A DNA stretch of 46,553 nucleotides from a virus: the IMG/VR virus record IMGVR_UViG_3300044802_000020; one strand, given 5' to 3'. A program made the translations under genes and the position numbers. The notes under the pieces were generated by a model, which was not told where the DNA came from, made no database searches, and saw nothing but the letters and a program-made list of their open reading frames with translations. Each line of letters begins with the position of its first letter. Position 1 is the stretch's first letter. Shown here one piece after another: positions 34,133 to 42,482 of this stretch.

Positions 34133-34726
34133 ATGATCATTTCCATCGAAGGCGTGGACGGGGTCGGCAAGACGAAGGTTGCAAAGGCCCTCGCTGGTCG
34201 GCTGCACATCTGCTACCAGAAATTCCCAGATCGCACGACCGAAAGCGGGAAGTTGTTGGCGGCCGTGCTGCAAGGGCAAGCGCGGATTCATCCGGTAGCG
34301 TTCCAGGCTCTTCAAATCGCCAACCGTCTCGAGCAACTCCCGCTTCTTCACCACGCCTACCAAGGCGGAACGCACCTTGTGTGTGACCGCTACACGCTGT
34401 CCGGGGCTGTGTACGGCAGGCTCGAAGGTCTACGTATGGGATGGTTGCTTAGTATGTTGCGCGCCGTTCCTGCCGCCAACGTCGAAGTGCTCCTAACGTG
34501 CGACGTGAAGAAGCTCGACGGCGAACGATTGGCAGGCCGAGATCGTGAGATGTACGAAACGGGAGGGGTCGAACGCCTCGCCCAGACACAGAGCAAATTC
34601 GAGGGCTTTTTCGAGACTCGGGAAACGAACCGCCGCGCTCGCTGGTTGAAGTACGACACGACATACGTCGCCCCTGAAATCATCGCAAAACGCATCGCGG
34701 ATACCCTGAAAGGCTGCTTCGTATGA
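34133..34726 (+). CDS. tmk: Thymidylate (dTMP) kinase-like P-loop kinase.
   Basis: 197 aa. It has the P-loop MIISIEGVDGVGKT and a DRY-type segment LVCDRYTLSGAVY. Confidence 0.75.
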   Translation: MIISIEGVDGVGKTKVAKALAGRLHICYQKFPDRTTESGKLLAAVLQGQARIHPVAFQALQIANRLEQLPLLHHAYQGGTHLVCDRYTLSGAVYGRLEGLRMGWLLSMLRAVPAANVEVLLTCDVKKLDGERLAGRDREMYETGGVERLAQTQSKFEGFFETRETNRRARWLKYDTTYVAPEIIAKRIADTLKGCFV

Positions 34727-35190
34727 AAGCGAAAACGTTCAAAGTTCCCGAGACACTCGGCGCCTGCGCGGATCTAATCCTTCGACTGCGCGTGACGAAG
34801 TCCGCCTTGCAAGCCGAGGTCGACAAGGTCGATGCGCAAATCTCGGCCGTGGAACAAAACCTCATCAACAAACTACCGGCCGACGATGCCGACGGGGTCG
34901 TGGGCAGGCTGGCGAAGGCTGTCATTCAGTCCAAGACAATCCCGACCGTTGAAGAAGACGGTTGGCCGAAGGTCTACGCGTTCATCTTGGAATCGGCCAT
35001 CGCCGAGGGGATGAAGAAGGGCGTACGCAACGCTCAAATGCTCGCGCGGACCGTCGCCGAGAAGGCGAATTTCGATTTGCTACAGCGGCGCCTGAATACG
35101 CGCGCCGTGACCGACCGCTGGGAAGCAAAGGAAGCCGTCCCCGGCGTGACGAAGTTCATCAAGAAGACGGTGTCTGTGACCAAGCGCTAA
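34723..35190 (+). CDS. Hypothetical protein.
   Basis: 155-aa ORF, ATGA-coupled to tmk. Confidence 0.7.
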   Translation: MKAKTFKVPETLGACADLILRLRVTKSALQAEVDKVDAQISAVEQNLINKLPADDADGVVGRLAKAVIQSKTIPTVEEDGWPKVYAFILESAIAEGMKKGVRNAQMLARTVAEKANFDLLQRRLNTRAVTDRWEAKEAVPGVTKFIKKTVSVTKR

Positions 35191-35196
35191 TTGTGC

Positions 35197-35247
35197 GGCC
35201 GACGAGCCTTTGCGCGTTTTCCGTCTGCGCGCAAAGGCTCGTCGGCC
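35197..35247 (+). terminator. Very strong hairpin with a 20-bp perfect stem and an 11-nt loop; terminator, attenuator or RNA processing site.
   Basis: ggccgacgagcctttgcgcg (35197-35216) is the exact reverse complement of cgcgcaaaggctcgtcggcc (35228-35247). There is no downstream T-run. Confidence 0.6.
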
Positions 35248-35275
35248 AAACCTTCAACCCAGATAGAGGATCCCA

Positions 35276-36145
35276 ATGTCGAAGAAGACCACCAAAGAGA
35301 CCACCACCGCCCTGGCCCCCCGTGACCCGAACGTCGCGATGGAGCCGTGGGAAAAAGAACTCGAAGCCGAAGCGCAGAAGGCAAAGGATTCTGTCGCCGA
35401 TATTGGCGGCGGTCTGTTCGCCAGTATCAAGGGCGGCAAGCTCACGATTGGCGACAACGTGATCCCCGGCAATCAACTCGCGTGCATCGTTCTTGCCCAT
35501 TGTGCAGGAAAGACCTACTACCCTACCGGCTACAATCCCAAAGTCGCGGAGTCGCCGAAGTGCTACGCGTTCGGCCCGACACTCAAGGGCATGGTTCCGC
35601 ACAAGGAAGCGGACGCACCCCAACACCCCGCTTGCGATGACTGCAAGCACAATGTGTTTGGCACAGCCATCACCGGCAACGGCAAAGCCTGCAAGGATTC
35701 CATTCGCATGGTCTTCATCGAGGGGGGCTCGCTGGGCACGAACGGTGTCTTCATTCCGTACACTGACAAGCCGTCCGACCTGGGACGGCTCCAGAAGAAC
35801 GAAGCCGTCAAGCTGTCCATTCCCCCTACGAGCTTGGGCGCGTTCGCCAAGTACGTGCGCGCCATCGCCGAGACGAGCAAGCGGCCACTGTACGGCGTCC
35901 ACACCTTGATCAAGGTGGCGATGACCAGCAAGGGCGGCGCGGACTACCCCGAGGTGTCCTTCGAGTGCCTCGGCATGGTGTCAAAGGACCAGATCGGCGT
36001 GCTGCGCGCTCGCGCGTCGGCTGCCGAGCCCGAGCTGTCCCAGCCCTACCCCAAGATGGGCGCGAAGAAGGACGCGGATACCGACGAAGACGAGCCCACG
36101 ACCTCGAAGGCGGGCGGGAAGAAGAGCAAGGGCGGCAAGTTCTAA
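35276..36145 (+). CDS. Hypothetical protein, possibly DNA-binding or SSB-like from its position in the replication module.
   Basis: 289 aa with GAGGA upstream. It has a central Cys cluster (PACDDCKHNVFGTAITGNGKACKDS) and a charged, low-complexity C-terminal tail (KKDADTDEDEPTTSKAGGKKSKGGKF). Confidence 0.7.
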   Translation: MSKKTTKETTTALAPRDPNVAMEPWEKELEAEAQKAKDSVADIGGGLFASIKGGKLTIGDNVIPGNQLACIVLAHCAGKTYYPTGYNPKVAESPKCYAFGPTLKGMVPHKEADAPQHPACDDCKHNVFGTAITGNGKACKDSIRMVFIEGGSLGTNGVFIPYTDKPSDLGRLQKNEAVKLSIPPTSLGAFAKYVRAIAETSKRPLYGVHTLIKVAMTSKGGADYPEVSFECLGMVSKDQIGVLRARASAAEPELSQPYPKMGAKKDADTDEDEPTTSKAGGKKSKGGKF

Positions 36146-36190
36146 CAGACTCCACAACACACCCCATCAACGCGACACGAAAGTAACCAC

Positions 36191-36415
36191 ATGGCCCGCA
36201 GAAGCAGAGCAACCGAGACAGTGACCGAGACCGAGACCCCCGCGAAGAAGATCCGAAAGCTCGACATCGCCGCGCTTCGGGAGAAAGCCTCCGAGCTGGA
36301 CGGCGCCGAGGGCGAGATGTTGACGAAGCGGATCGACGCTTTCGTCGAGGCGTCCGAGGCGCGCAAGATCGCCGGCAAGAAGCTTCGCCAGGCGCTTGCC
36401 TTCCTGCAAGACTAA
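36191..36415 (+). CDS. Small hypothetical protein.
   Basis: 74-aa ORF, charged and helical in character. Confidence 0.55.
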   Translation: MARRSRATETVTETETPAKKIRKLDIAALREKASELDGAEGEMLTKRIDAFVEASEARKIAGKKLRQALAFLQD

Positions 36416-36457
36416 CCCGCCCCCGCCATGGCACCCGGCGGGCTCGAAACGGTACCA

Positions 36458-36564
36458 AGGAACCTTGAGTGCTGAACGGTAAGGCAGCTTCCCCGGAAGT
36501 CGCTACGCCATCCGCGTACTAGCAGTGATGGATAAGCGGTGCGGGTTCAAATCCCGTAGGTTCC
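36458..36564 (+). ncRNA. tRNA-like structured RNA candidate with a T-arm and a 7-bp acceptor-type closing stem. It is non-canonical at 107 nt and no anticodon could be assigned.
   Basis: The T-arm gcggg-TTCAAAT-cccgt lies at 36540-36556. GGAACCT (36458-36464) pairs perfectly with AGGTTCC (36557-36563). A GG-containing D-like loop is present. The element sits in a 180-bp gap with no convincing ORF. Confidence 0.4.
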
Positions 36565-36595
36565 CCGGACCAACGAAAACGAAAGGGATACGAAT

Positions 36596-36805
36596 ATGCT
36601 TGTGAAAGAAGCTCTGGAGTCGTGGGCGTCGCTCAACACGTTTCTGCGTTCGGCGACAGAAGAAGATGCGAAGAAGGTGCTCGACGCCGAGAAGAAAGGG
36701 GCTCGTCGCGAGCTGTTCTTGCTTCGCGCGCATGCTCGTTTCAACCGCGAGCGGGCGCAGCGTGAACGGAAGGAATTGCAGGCGATAGGAGTCGCAGCGA
36801 AATGA
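36596..36805 (+). CDS. Small hypothetical protein.
   Basis: 69-aa ORF with AAGGGA upstream. Confidence 0.6.
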   Translation: MLVKEALESWASLNTFLRSATEEDAKKVLDAEKKGARRELFLLRAHARFNRERAQRERKELQAIGVAAK

Positions 36806-36975
36806 GAGGATCCCCTGCCGAGTTCATGAATCTGTCGGAGCGTCTTGAAGGACACCTGGTTTCGAGGATTCGCACGTATGACCGAAACAACGCACGAATC
36901 GCGACGCTGGAAACAGAGAAAGAACTACAGCGGCAGAAGATCGCCACACTAGAAGAGCAATTCAACGCGGCATAG
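36802..36975 (+). CDS. Small coiled-coil protein of 57 aa, below the ORF-track length cutoff.
   Basis: Manual translation gives MRGSPAEFMNLSERLEGHLVSRIRTYDRNNARIATLETEKELQRQKIATLEEQFNAA. The start forms an ATGA overlap with the upstream stop. Confidence 0.55.
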   Translation: MRGSPAEFMNLSERLEGHLVSRIRTYDRNNARIATLETEKELQRQKIATLEEQFNAA

Positions 36976-36995
36976 TCGAGAAAGAAAGGTGTCTA

Positions 36996-37172
36996 ATGCC
37001 TATCCCCGAAATGCCGAAGACCTCGCCAGAAGCTTTGGTACGCGCCGAGGTTATCTTGCGCGATTGGATGGTGCGCGGGGTAGGCGATACACAAGATGTG
37101 ACGGCGGAACTTCTTCTCATGATCGTCGAGCTGCAAATTCAAGTCGAACGTCTGCGACAAAAGCCATGGTAA
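36996..37172 (+). CDS. Small protein of 58 aa, below the ORF-track length cutoff.
   Basis: Manual translation gives MPIPEMPKTSPEALVRAEVILRDWMVRGVGDTQDVTAELLLMIVELQIQVERLRQKPW, with GAAAGG upstream. The stop overlaps the polymerase ATG (ATGGTAA). Confidence 0.55.
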   Translation: MPIPEMPKTSPEALVRAEVILRDWMVRGVGDTQDVTAELLLMIVELQIQVERLRQKPW

Positions 37173-39160
37173 AGCGTAGTTGCAAGAATTGGGTCTGTAT
37201 AGACTTCGAGACCTTCCCGATTCGCAGGCGCCCCGAGTACCCGCCGAAGCCCGTCGGCGTAGCTATCAAGTACGCGGGAAAGAAAGCCCACTACTACGCT
37301 TTCGCCCATCCCAATGGGGGGAACAACAGCACATACGCCGAAGCTCGGCGAGCGTTGAAGGCGGCGTACCAGTCCGAAGCGCTGTGCTTCCACAATGCGA
37401 AGTTCGACCTGGAAGTCGCCCACGTACACATGGGGATGCCGATGCCGTCCTTCGGCAAGGTCTACGATACGCAGCTTATGCTGTTCATCGACGACCCACG
37501 GGCGAAGTCCTACAAGCTCAAGCCGTCGGCGGAACGGCTGCTCGGCGAGCCGCCCCACGAGCGCGACGAGTTGATCGACTGGCTCGTCAAGCATCAGCCC
37601 GTGCCCGGTGTGCGTCTCACCAAGAACGAATATCCGGCCAAGGATGCGAAAGTCGAATACGCGGGCGCGTACGTCGCCTATGCTCCAGTGCCCCTTGTGT
37701 TCCGTTACGCGTGCGGCGACGTGGCGCGAACCGAGAAGCTCGCAAAGCTTCTCGTGCGGAAGCTGACCGCCACCGAGCAAATCAAGGCGGCGGATGTCGA
37801 GCACGGCATCCTTGCCCCAATCCTGCAAATGGAGCGCGACGGTGTCCCGGTCGACCTTAAGCGTCTGCGCGCTGACGTGACGAAGTACAACGCAGCGCTG
37901 GCGAAGGCCGAGGAGTGGTTGTGCAAGAAAATGAAGGCGCCGGTCGGCACTAATTGGGATTCGTCCGCTACTCTGTTGAAGCTACTCAAAGCCGCGGGGC
38001 TCGTCGATGCGTCGAAGCTGCACAAGACGAAGAAGCCCGGCAAGGACGGCAAGCCGCGCGACAGTTCAAGCAAGGATTCGCTCGCTGGGGCTGTCACGAG
38101 CGAACAGACGTTGTCCGTGCTCAAGTACAGGTCGCGACTGTGCGTATCGCTACGCACCTTCATGGAGCCATGGCTAGAGGTCGCCGAGAAGTCGAAGGGG
38201 TTCGTCTATACGACGTGGAACACCACGCGCACAGATGACAGTGGCGCCCGCACGGGTCGACTGTCGAGCACGCCTAATTTCCAGAACTTGCCGAAGCGCG
38301 CGCCGTACCTGTTCGGTACAAGCTCCGAAGGCGCAAAGGCGGTGCCTGCATGGTGGGTGAAGATGGGGCTTCCCGACCTCCCGAACGTGCGCGGCTACGT
38401 CGTGCCGCTGCCCGGCCACGTGCTCGTCGACCGCGACTATAGCCAACAGGAATTGCGCATCTTCGCCCACTACGCCGAGGGGGAGCTTCTCGCGAAGTAC
38501 CTGCTCGACAACTGGCTCGACGTGCACGGCCTGGTCAACGCTCGCGTCAATGAACTGATGCTATCCGAGATCTCCCGTGACGTGGTCAAGCGTCTGGTAT
38601 TCGCGACGGTGTACGGAATGGGCCGTCCGGGGGTCGCGCGGCTGTCGTCGGAGTACGGCATCCCTGGACCGAAGCTCATCGAGATCGCCGATGCTGTGAA
38701 AAAGGCCGTGCCTGGGCTGATCGCGCTCAACCGGATGCTGCGGAAGCGCTGCGATTTGAAGCTTCCAATCCGCACGTGGGGCGGGCGTGTGTACTACGTC
38801 GAAGAGCCGCGCATCGTAGATGGGAAGATGCGCACCTTCGAGTACAAAATGCTCAACCTGCTGATTCAGGGGAGCGCGGCCGACAATACTAAACGAGCAT
38901 TGCTCAACTTCTGGGAGTACATCATCAAGCATCGGTTGCCGTGGCGGATCTTGATGTCAGTACATGACGAGTTTGTTCTGTCGGTGCCCCGCAAAGATCT
39001 GCGCCGCGCGCAGGAAGCGCTACGGGCGGCGATGGCCGATGTCGAGTTCGACTTGCCAATGCTGTCCGAGGGCAAGTACGGCGCCAACTGGGGAGCGCTC
39101 AAGTCCTACGATAAGAAAGGTGCGGTCGTGTACCAACGAGAGGAGCGGAAAGCAGCATGA
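37166..39160 (+). CDS. Family A DNA polymerase with a 3'-5' exonuclease domain and a polymerase domain, and no 5' nuclease domain.
   Basis: 664 aa from the ATG at 37166 (MVKRSCKNWVCIDFETFP, Exo I DxE). Motif A is DYSQQELRIFAH, motif B-like is RDVVKRLVFATVYGMG, and motif C is SVHDEFV. The tracked GTG start at 36989 adds an Arg-rich off-frame-like extension. Confidence 0.9.
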   Translation: MVKRSCKNWVCIDFETFPIRRRPEYPPKPVGVAIKYAGKKAHYYAFAHPNGGNNSTYAEARRALKAAYQSEALCFHNAKFDLEVAHVHMGMPMPSFGKVYDTQLMLFIDDPRAKSYKLKPSAERLLGEPPHERDELIDWLVKHQPVPGVRLTKNEYPAKDAKVEYAGAYVAYAPVPLVFRYACGDVARTEKLAKLLVRKLTATEQIKAADVEHGILAPILQMERDGVPVDLKRLRADVTKYNAALAKAEEWLCKKMKAPVGTNWDSSATLLKLLKAAGLVDASKLHKTKKPGKDGKPRDSSSKDSLAGAVTSEQTLSVLKYRSRLCVSLRTFMEPWLEVAEKSKGFVYTTWNTTRTDDSGARTGRLSSTPNFQNLPKRAPYLFGTSSEGAKAVPAWWVKMGLPDLPNVRGYVVPLPGHVLVDRDYSQQELRIFAHYAEGELLAKYLLDNWLDVHGLVNARVNELMLSEISRDVVKRLVFATVYGMGRPGVARLSSEYGIPGPKLIEIADAVKKAVPGLIALNRMLRKRCDLKLPIRTWGGRVYYVEEPRIVDGKMRTFEYKMLNLLIQGSAADNTKRALLNFWEYIIKHRLPWRILMSVHDEFVLSVPRKDLRRAQEALRAAMADVEFDLPMLSEGKYGANWGALKSYDKKGAVVYQREERKAA

Positions 39161-39390
39161 AGATCGGAAAGTACATCCTGGCTCGCAATGAAGAGCACGC
39201 GCGCGAAGTGGTACGCGAGATGTTCACCGACGGTTCTTCGTGGGGCGCGGACCATTACGAGATGGTCTTCGATTCGTACCTGCAAGCGCACCACGAACTG
39301 TTGGTCGCCCAATCGTCGGGGTTCATAGAAGATTTCTTCGTGTTCTTCATCGAAGTTCAAGTTTTCACTGTCCAGAAAGCCGAGGGTTAA
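39157..39390 (+). CDS. Small hypothetical protein.
   Basis: 77-aa ORF, ATGA-coupled to the polymerase stop. Confidence 0.6.
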   Translation: MKIGKYILARNEEHAREVVREMFTDGSSWGADHYEMVFDSYLQAHHELLVAQSSGFIEDFFVFFIEVQVFTVQKAEG

Positions 39391-39393
39391 GCC

Positions 39394-40119
39394 TTGCCCA
39401 TCCAACGTCTGCCCCAATTGACCGCGTGGTCCTACTCCCGTCTGACGACCTGGGAGGAATGCCCTCTCAAGTGCAAGCTCAAGAACATCGACAAGATCCA
39501 AGAGCCCGACGGCCCGGCCAAGGGGCGAGGGATCGCGATTGAAGGCGAAGTGATGGACTACATTTTCGGCCGCGCGAAGACGTTGCCGGAAAGCTGCGCA
39601 CGCTTCCCCGAAGAGCTGGCGGCGCTGCGGAAAATCTCGAATCGTCTAGTCATCAAGAAGAAGCTCGCGTTTACGCGCGAGTGGAAGCTGTGCGACTACT
39701 TCGGTTCGGACGCGTGGTTGCGCATCGAAATGGATCTGTTCTGGGAAGAACTCATCCCCGGCCAGAAAAAGCACTGGCGCGTGCGCGTGGTCGACATCAA
39801 GACCGGCAAGATCTACGAAGACAAGGTCGACCAAGTCGAGCTGTACAACCTGTGCGCGCTGCTGCTGGACGAACCCGACGATTTCGTCACGCACAGCCCA
39901 CAGACGGCGTTCTCCGAGCTGTACTACCTCGACCAGGGGGAGACACGCGACAGGGCCATGGTGGCGTCCGACGTCGCGAAGGCCAAGTCGTATTGGGAGA
40001 ACCGCGCCGTGCGCATGCTGGCGGACACGGCATTTCAACCCACCCCTTCGTACCGCTGCAAGTGGTGCTTCTTCCGCAAGGCCAACAAAGCCGAGGGCGG
40101 CGGACAATGCCCCTACTGA
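39394..40119 (+). CDS. PD-(D/E)XK nuclease, Cas4/RecB-like, with a four-Cys cluster.
   Basis: 241 aa with a TTG start and GAGGG 9 nt upstream. It has an N-terminal Cys (EECPLKC), VVDIKTGK (D-x-K), QVELY (QhxxY), and a C-terminal CKWC...C cluster. Confidence 0.75.
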   Translation: MPIQRLPQLTAWSYSRLTTWEECPLKCKLKNIDKIQEPDGPAKGRGIAIEGEVMDYIFGRAKTLPESCARFPEELAALRKISNRLVIKKKLAFTREWKLCDYFGSDAWLRIEMDLFWEELIPGQKKHWRVRVVDIKTGKIYEDKVDQVELYNLCALLLDEPDDFVTHSPQTAFSELYYLDQGETRDRAMVASDVAKAKSYWENRAVRMLADTAFQPTPSYRCKWCFFRKANKAEGGGQCPY

Positions 40120-40355
40120 CGGTTGAAGACATGGCGAACCTCTGCGCTCGTTATGACGACCTGGAAAGACAGTACAAGCGTGCAACGGGGCTCGGGTACG
40201 AAGAATACAGTCGCTTCAAGGAGTGCGAGAAAGAGATCCTAGAAACGGTGCGGAAAGTGTTGGAGCACGTGAGGCACACAGAGTCGGCCATCGGTGCCGC
40301 AATTCTGGCTTCGTTCAACACGTGGGCACTTCTCCGCGGGGGGTTCCCGTCGTGA
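40107..40355 (+). CDS. Small hypothetical protein.
   Basis: 82 aa from the ATG at 40107 (MPLLTVEDMANLCARYDDLERQYK...). The upstream part of the tracked ORF overlaps the nuclease gene off-frame. Confidence 0.6.
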   Translation: MPLLTVEDMANLCARYDDLERQYKRATGLGYEEYSRFKECEKEILETVRKVLEHVRHTESAIGAAILASFNTWALLRGGFPS

Positions 40356-40663
40356 CCGAAGCACGCTATCAAGCCAAGTTTTTGAAACGTGCTCGGCTCG
40401 AAGGTTGGGTGGCCTGGAAGATCCAAGCGCCAGGCACCAATGGAGTGCCCGACACGCTGCTGTTAGTGCCGACTGCCAAGGGGCATGGGCGCGCGGTGTT
40501 CGTCGAGCTGAAAGCGGCGGGTGAAGAACCGACGGACCTTCAAGAATACTACCTCAACCTTCTTCGTCGATGCGGCTTCGTGGCGTTCTGGGCGGACACA
40601 ACAGCCGACATCGAAGACCTCATCAAGTACATTCGCGCCCAGCTACGAAAACGCAAGCGATGA
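40352..40663 (+). CDS. VRR-NUC domain nuclease.
   Basis: 103 aa from the GTG at 40352, with a GTGA overlap. It contains GVPDTLLLVP...AVFVELKAAGEEPTDLQEYYLNLLRRCG, a PD...E-x-K...Q pattern. Confidence 0.7.
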   Translation: MTEARYQAKFLKRARLEGWVAWKIQAPGTNGVPDTLLLVPTAKGHGRAVFVELKAAGEEPTDLQEYYLNLLRRCGFVAFWADTTADIEDLIKYIRAQLRKRKR

Positions 40664-42135
40664 AATTCATCCCCCGAGAGTACCAAAAGGCAGGCATCCG
40701 CTTCCTTGTTTCCCGTCGCGAGGCTGCGCTACTGCTTAAGCCTGGACGTGGGAAGACGGCCGCGACGCTGGCCGCGTTCCAATTGCTCGCGCGGACCTCG
40801 AAGATGCGGGCTCTCGTGCTCGCCCCTCTGCGCGTCTGTTACGACGTCTGGAGCGCGAGCGGCGAGATCGGGCGCTGGGACCAATTCAAGGGATTGCGCG
40901 TGGCGCTACTACACGGGCCGAAGAAGGAAGAAGAGTTCCGCAAGAAAGCGGACATCTACGTCATCAACTACGAAGGTCTCGACTGGTTATGTGCGCCCCG
41001 TGATGCTCTCAAGGCGTACGGGCTGCGCAACGTCTCGCGACTAGACGAGCTTCTCGGACTGTCGTCCGGGGGGCTCGTGCTCGTGTGCGACGAGCTGTCC
41101 AAGTTCAAGCATACGAAGACGAAGCGCTTCAAGGCGCTTCGTCCGTACCTGCCACGCTTCGCGTTCCGCTGGGGGCTCACGGGCTCGCCGGCTGCGAACA
41201 GTCTAGAAAACCTGTTCGGTGAGTGCTACGTGCTCGACTTAGGCAAGCGCCTTGGGCGGTACATTACGCACTTCCGACAGAACTACTTCATCCCCTGTGG
41301 GTTCCAGGGCAAGGAATGGCGCCCGGCGCCCGGAGCGGAAGAGCGTATCTATGCGGCCATCAAGGATCTGGCGCTGGTCATCGACACGCCCGACTCGGGG
41401 GAACCGGAACTCGTCACCAACAATGTGTGGGTTGACTTGCCACCGAAAGCCCGGAAGTTTTACGACGTGCTCGAAGAGGAGATGATTGCCGAGATCGACG
41501 GCAACGTCGTTGTAGCGGGGTCCGCGGGCGTCGTCTCGGGCAAATGTCGTCAGATTGCGAGCGGTGGAATATACACCCATGGTCTGACGCAACTTCCGAA
41601 GGGGCGCGGGATTCAAGGCGTGCCCGAAGTTCAACCTGTGCACGATGCGAAGACGGAAGCCCTGGTCGACCTCGTCGACGAGCTGCAAGGACAGCCCCTT
41701 ATGGTGGGCTTTGAGTTCAAACACGACCGCGCCCGCATCCGCAAGGCGCTTGGCAACGTGCCCAGCATAGACGGAGACTGCAACCCCGCGCAAGCATCCG
41801 CCATCATCGCCGACTGGAACGCGAGCAAAACACCTGTGCTTCTCATTCACCCCCAGGCGGGGGGTCACGGGCTCAATCTGCAAGGCTGTTCGTGTGCGAA
41901 CTTCTGCTTCTACACATGTCCGTGGGACCGCGAGCTGTACGATCAAGTCATCGCGCGCGTGTGCCGGCAGGGGTCGAAGGCCGAAGTTGTCGTAGTCCAT
42001 CGCCTTCTGGCACGCGACACGGTCGACGAAGCCGTGGTGCGCGCGCTCGGAGCGAAGGGGAAGACCGAAGCGGCGCTCTTCGCAGCGCTCAAAGAGTACA
42101 GCCAGGAAAGGAAGGCCAAGAAATGCGCTCGGTAG
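40660..42135 (+). CDS. SNF2-family (SF2) helicase/translocase.
   Basis: 491 aa from the ATG at 40660, with an ATGA overlap. Motif I is LLLKPGRGKT, motif II is LVCDELSKF, and the C-terminal helicase domain contains HPQAGGHGLNLQ. Confidence 0.8.
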   Translation: MKFIPREYQKAGIRFLVSRREAALLLKPGRGKTAATLAAFQLLARTSKMRALVLAPLRVCYDVWSASGEIGRWDQFKGLRVALLHGPKKEEEFRKKADIYVINYEGLDWLCAPRDALKAYGLRNVSRLDELLGLSSGGLVLVCDELSKFKHTKTKRFKALRPYLPRFAFRWGLTGSPAANSLENLFGECYVLDLGKRLGRYITHFRQNYFIPCGFQGKEWRPAPGAEERIYAAIKDLALVIDTPDSGEPELVTNNVWVDLPPKARKFYDVLEEEMIAEIDGNVVVAGSAGVVSGKCRQIASGGIYTHGLTQLPKGRGIQGVPEVQPVHDAKTEALVDLVDELQGQPLMVGFEFKHDRARIRKALGNVPSIDGDCNPAQASAIIADWNASKTPVLLIHPQAGGHGLNLQGCSCANFCFYTCPWDRELYDQVIARVCRQGSKAEVVVVHRLLARDTVDEAVVRALGAKGKTEAALFAALKEYSQERKAKKCAR

Positions 42136-42482
42136 ATCTCCAGAAAATCACGTTGCGAATGAATGGCGAAGGTCGCACGTGCCTCTACTTCGGCGCCTCA
42201 AACGCAACCATTCGTATGCAGTCCGGACCTCTCATCGTCGAGACGTTGAGCCAGGCCGATTTGCTGCGACAATTCCCCGTCGATGTACTAGCGGACGCCG
42301 AGACACGCACGCGACGCGCGCGCCTGGACTCTGCCGGGCATCAATACGTGCTGCACGCGGCATTGGCGGGAGCTTCTGCCATGGCCGTGAATCTGCTTTA
42401 CGACATCCACACCCCCGATCTGACACTGCTTCGACAAGTTGAAGAGCGCATCGCTCCCAAGCCTGCAAAGGATCCACTATGA
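42123..42482 (+). CDS. Hypothetical protein.
   Basis: 119 aa from the ATG at 42123, which overlaps the SNF2 gene end by 13 nt. Confidence 0.6.
   Translation: MRSVDLQKITLRMNGEGRTCLYFGASNATIRMQSGPLIVETLSQADLLRQFPVDVLADAETRTRRARLDSAGHQYVLHAALAGASAMAVNLLYDIHTPDLTLLRQVEERIAPKPAKDPL

Noticed and set aside
36458-36564. Annotation as a standard tRNA gene, or as an attP-type tRNA 3' fragment.
   Set aside because: At 107 nt it is too long, and I could find no 5-bp stem with a 7-nt anticodon loop and U33. The D-stem is at best 3 bp with a 4-nt linker. No integrase exists in the genome, and a fragment would not carry the matching 5' acceptor strand. It is reported only as a tRNA-like candidate.
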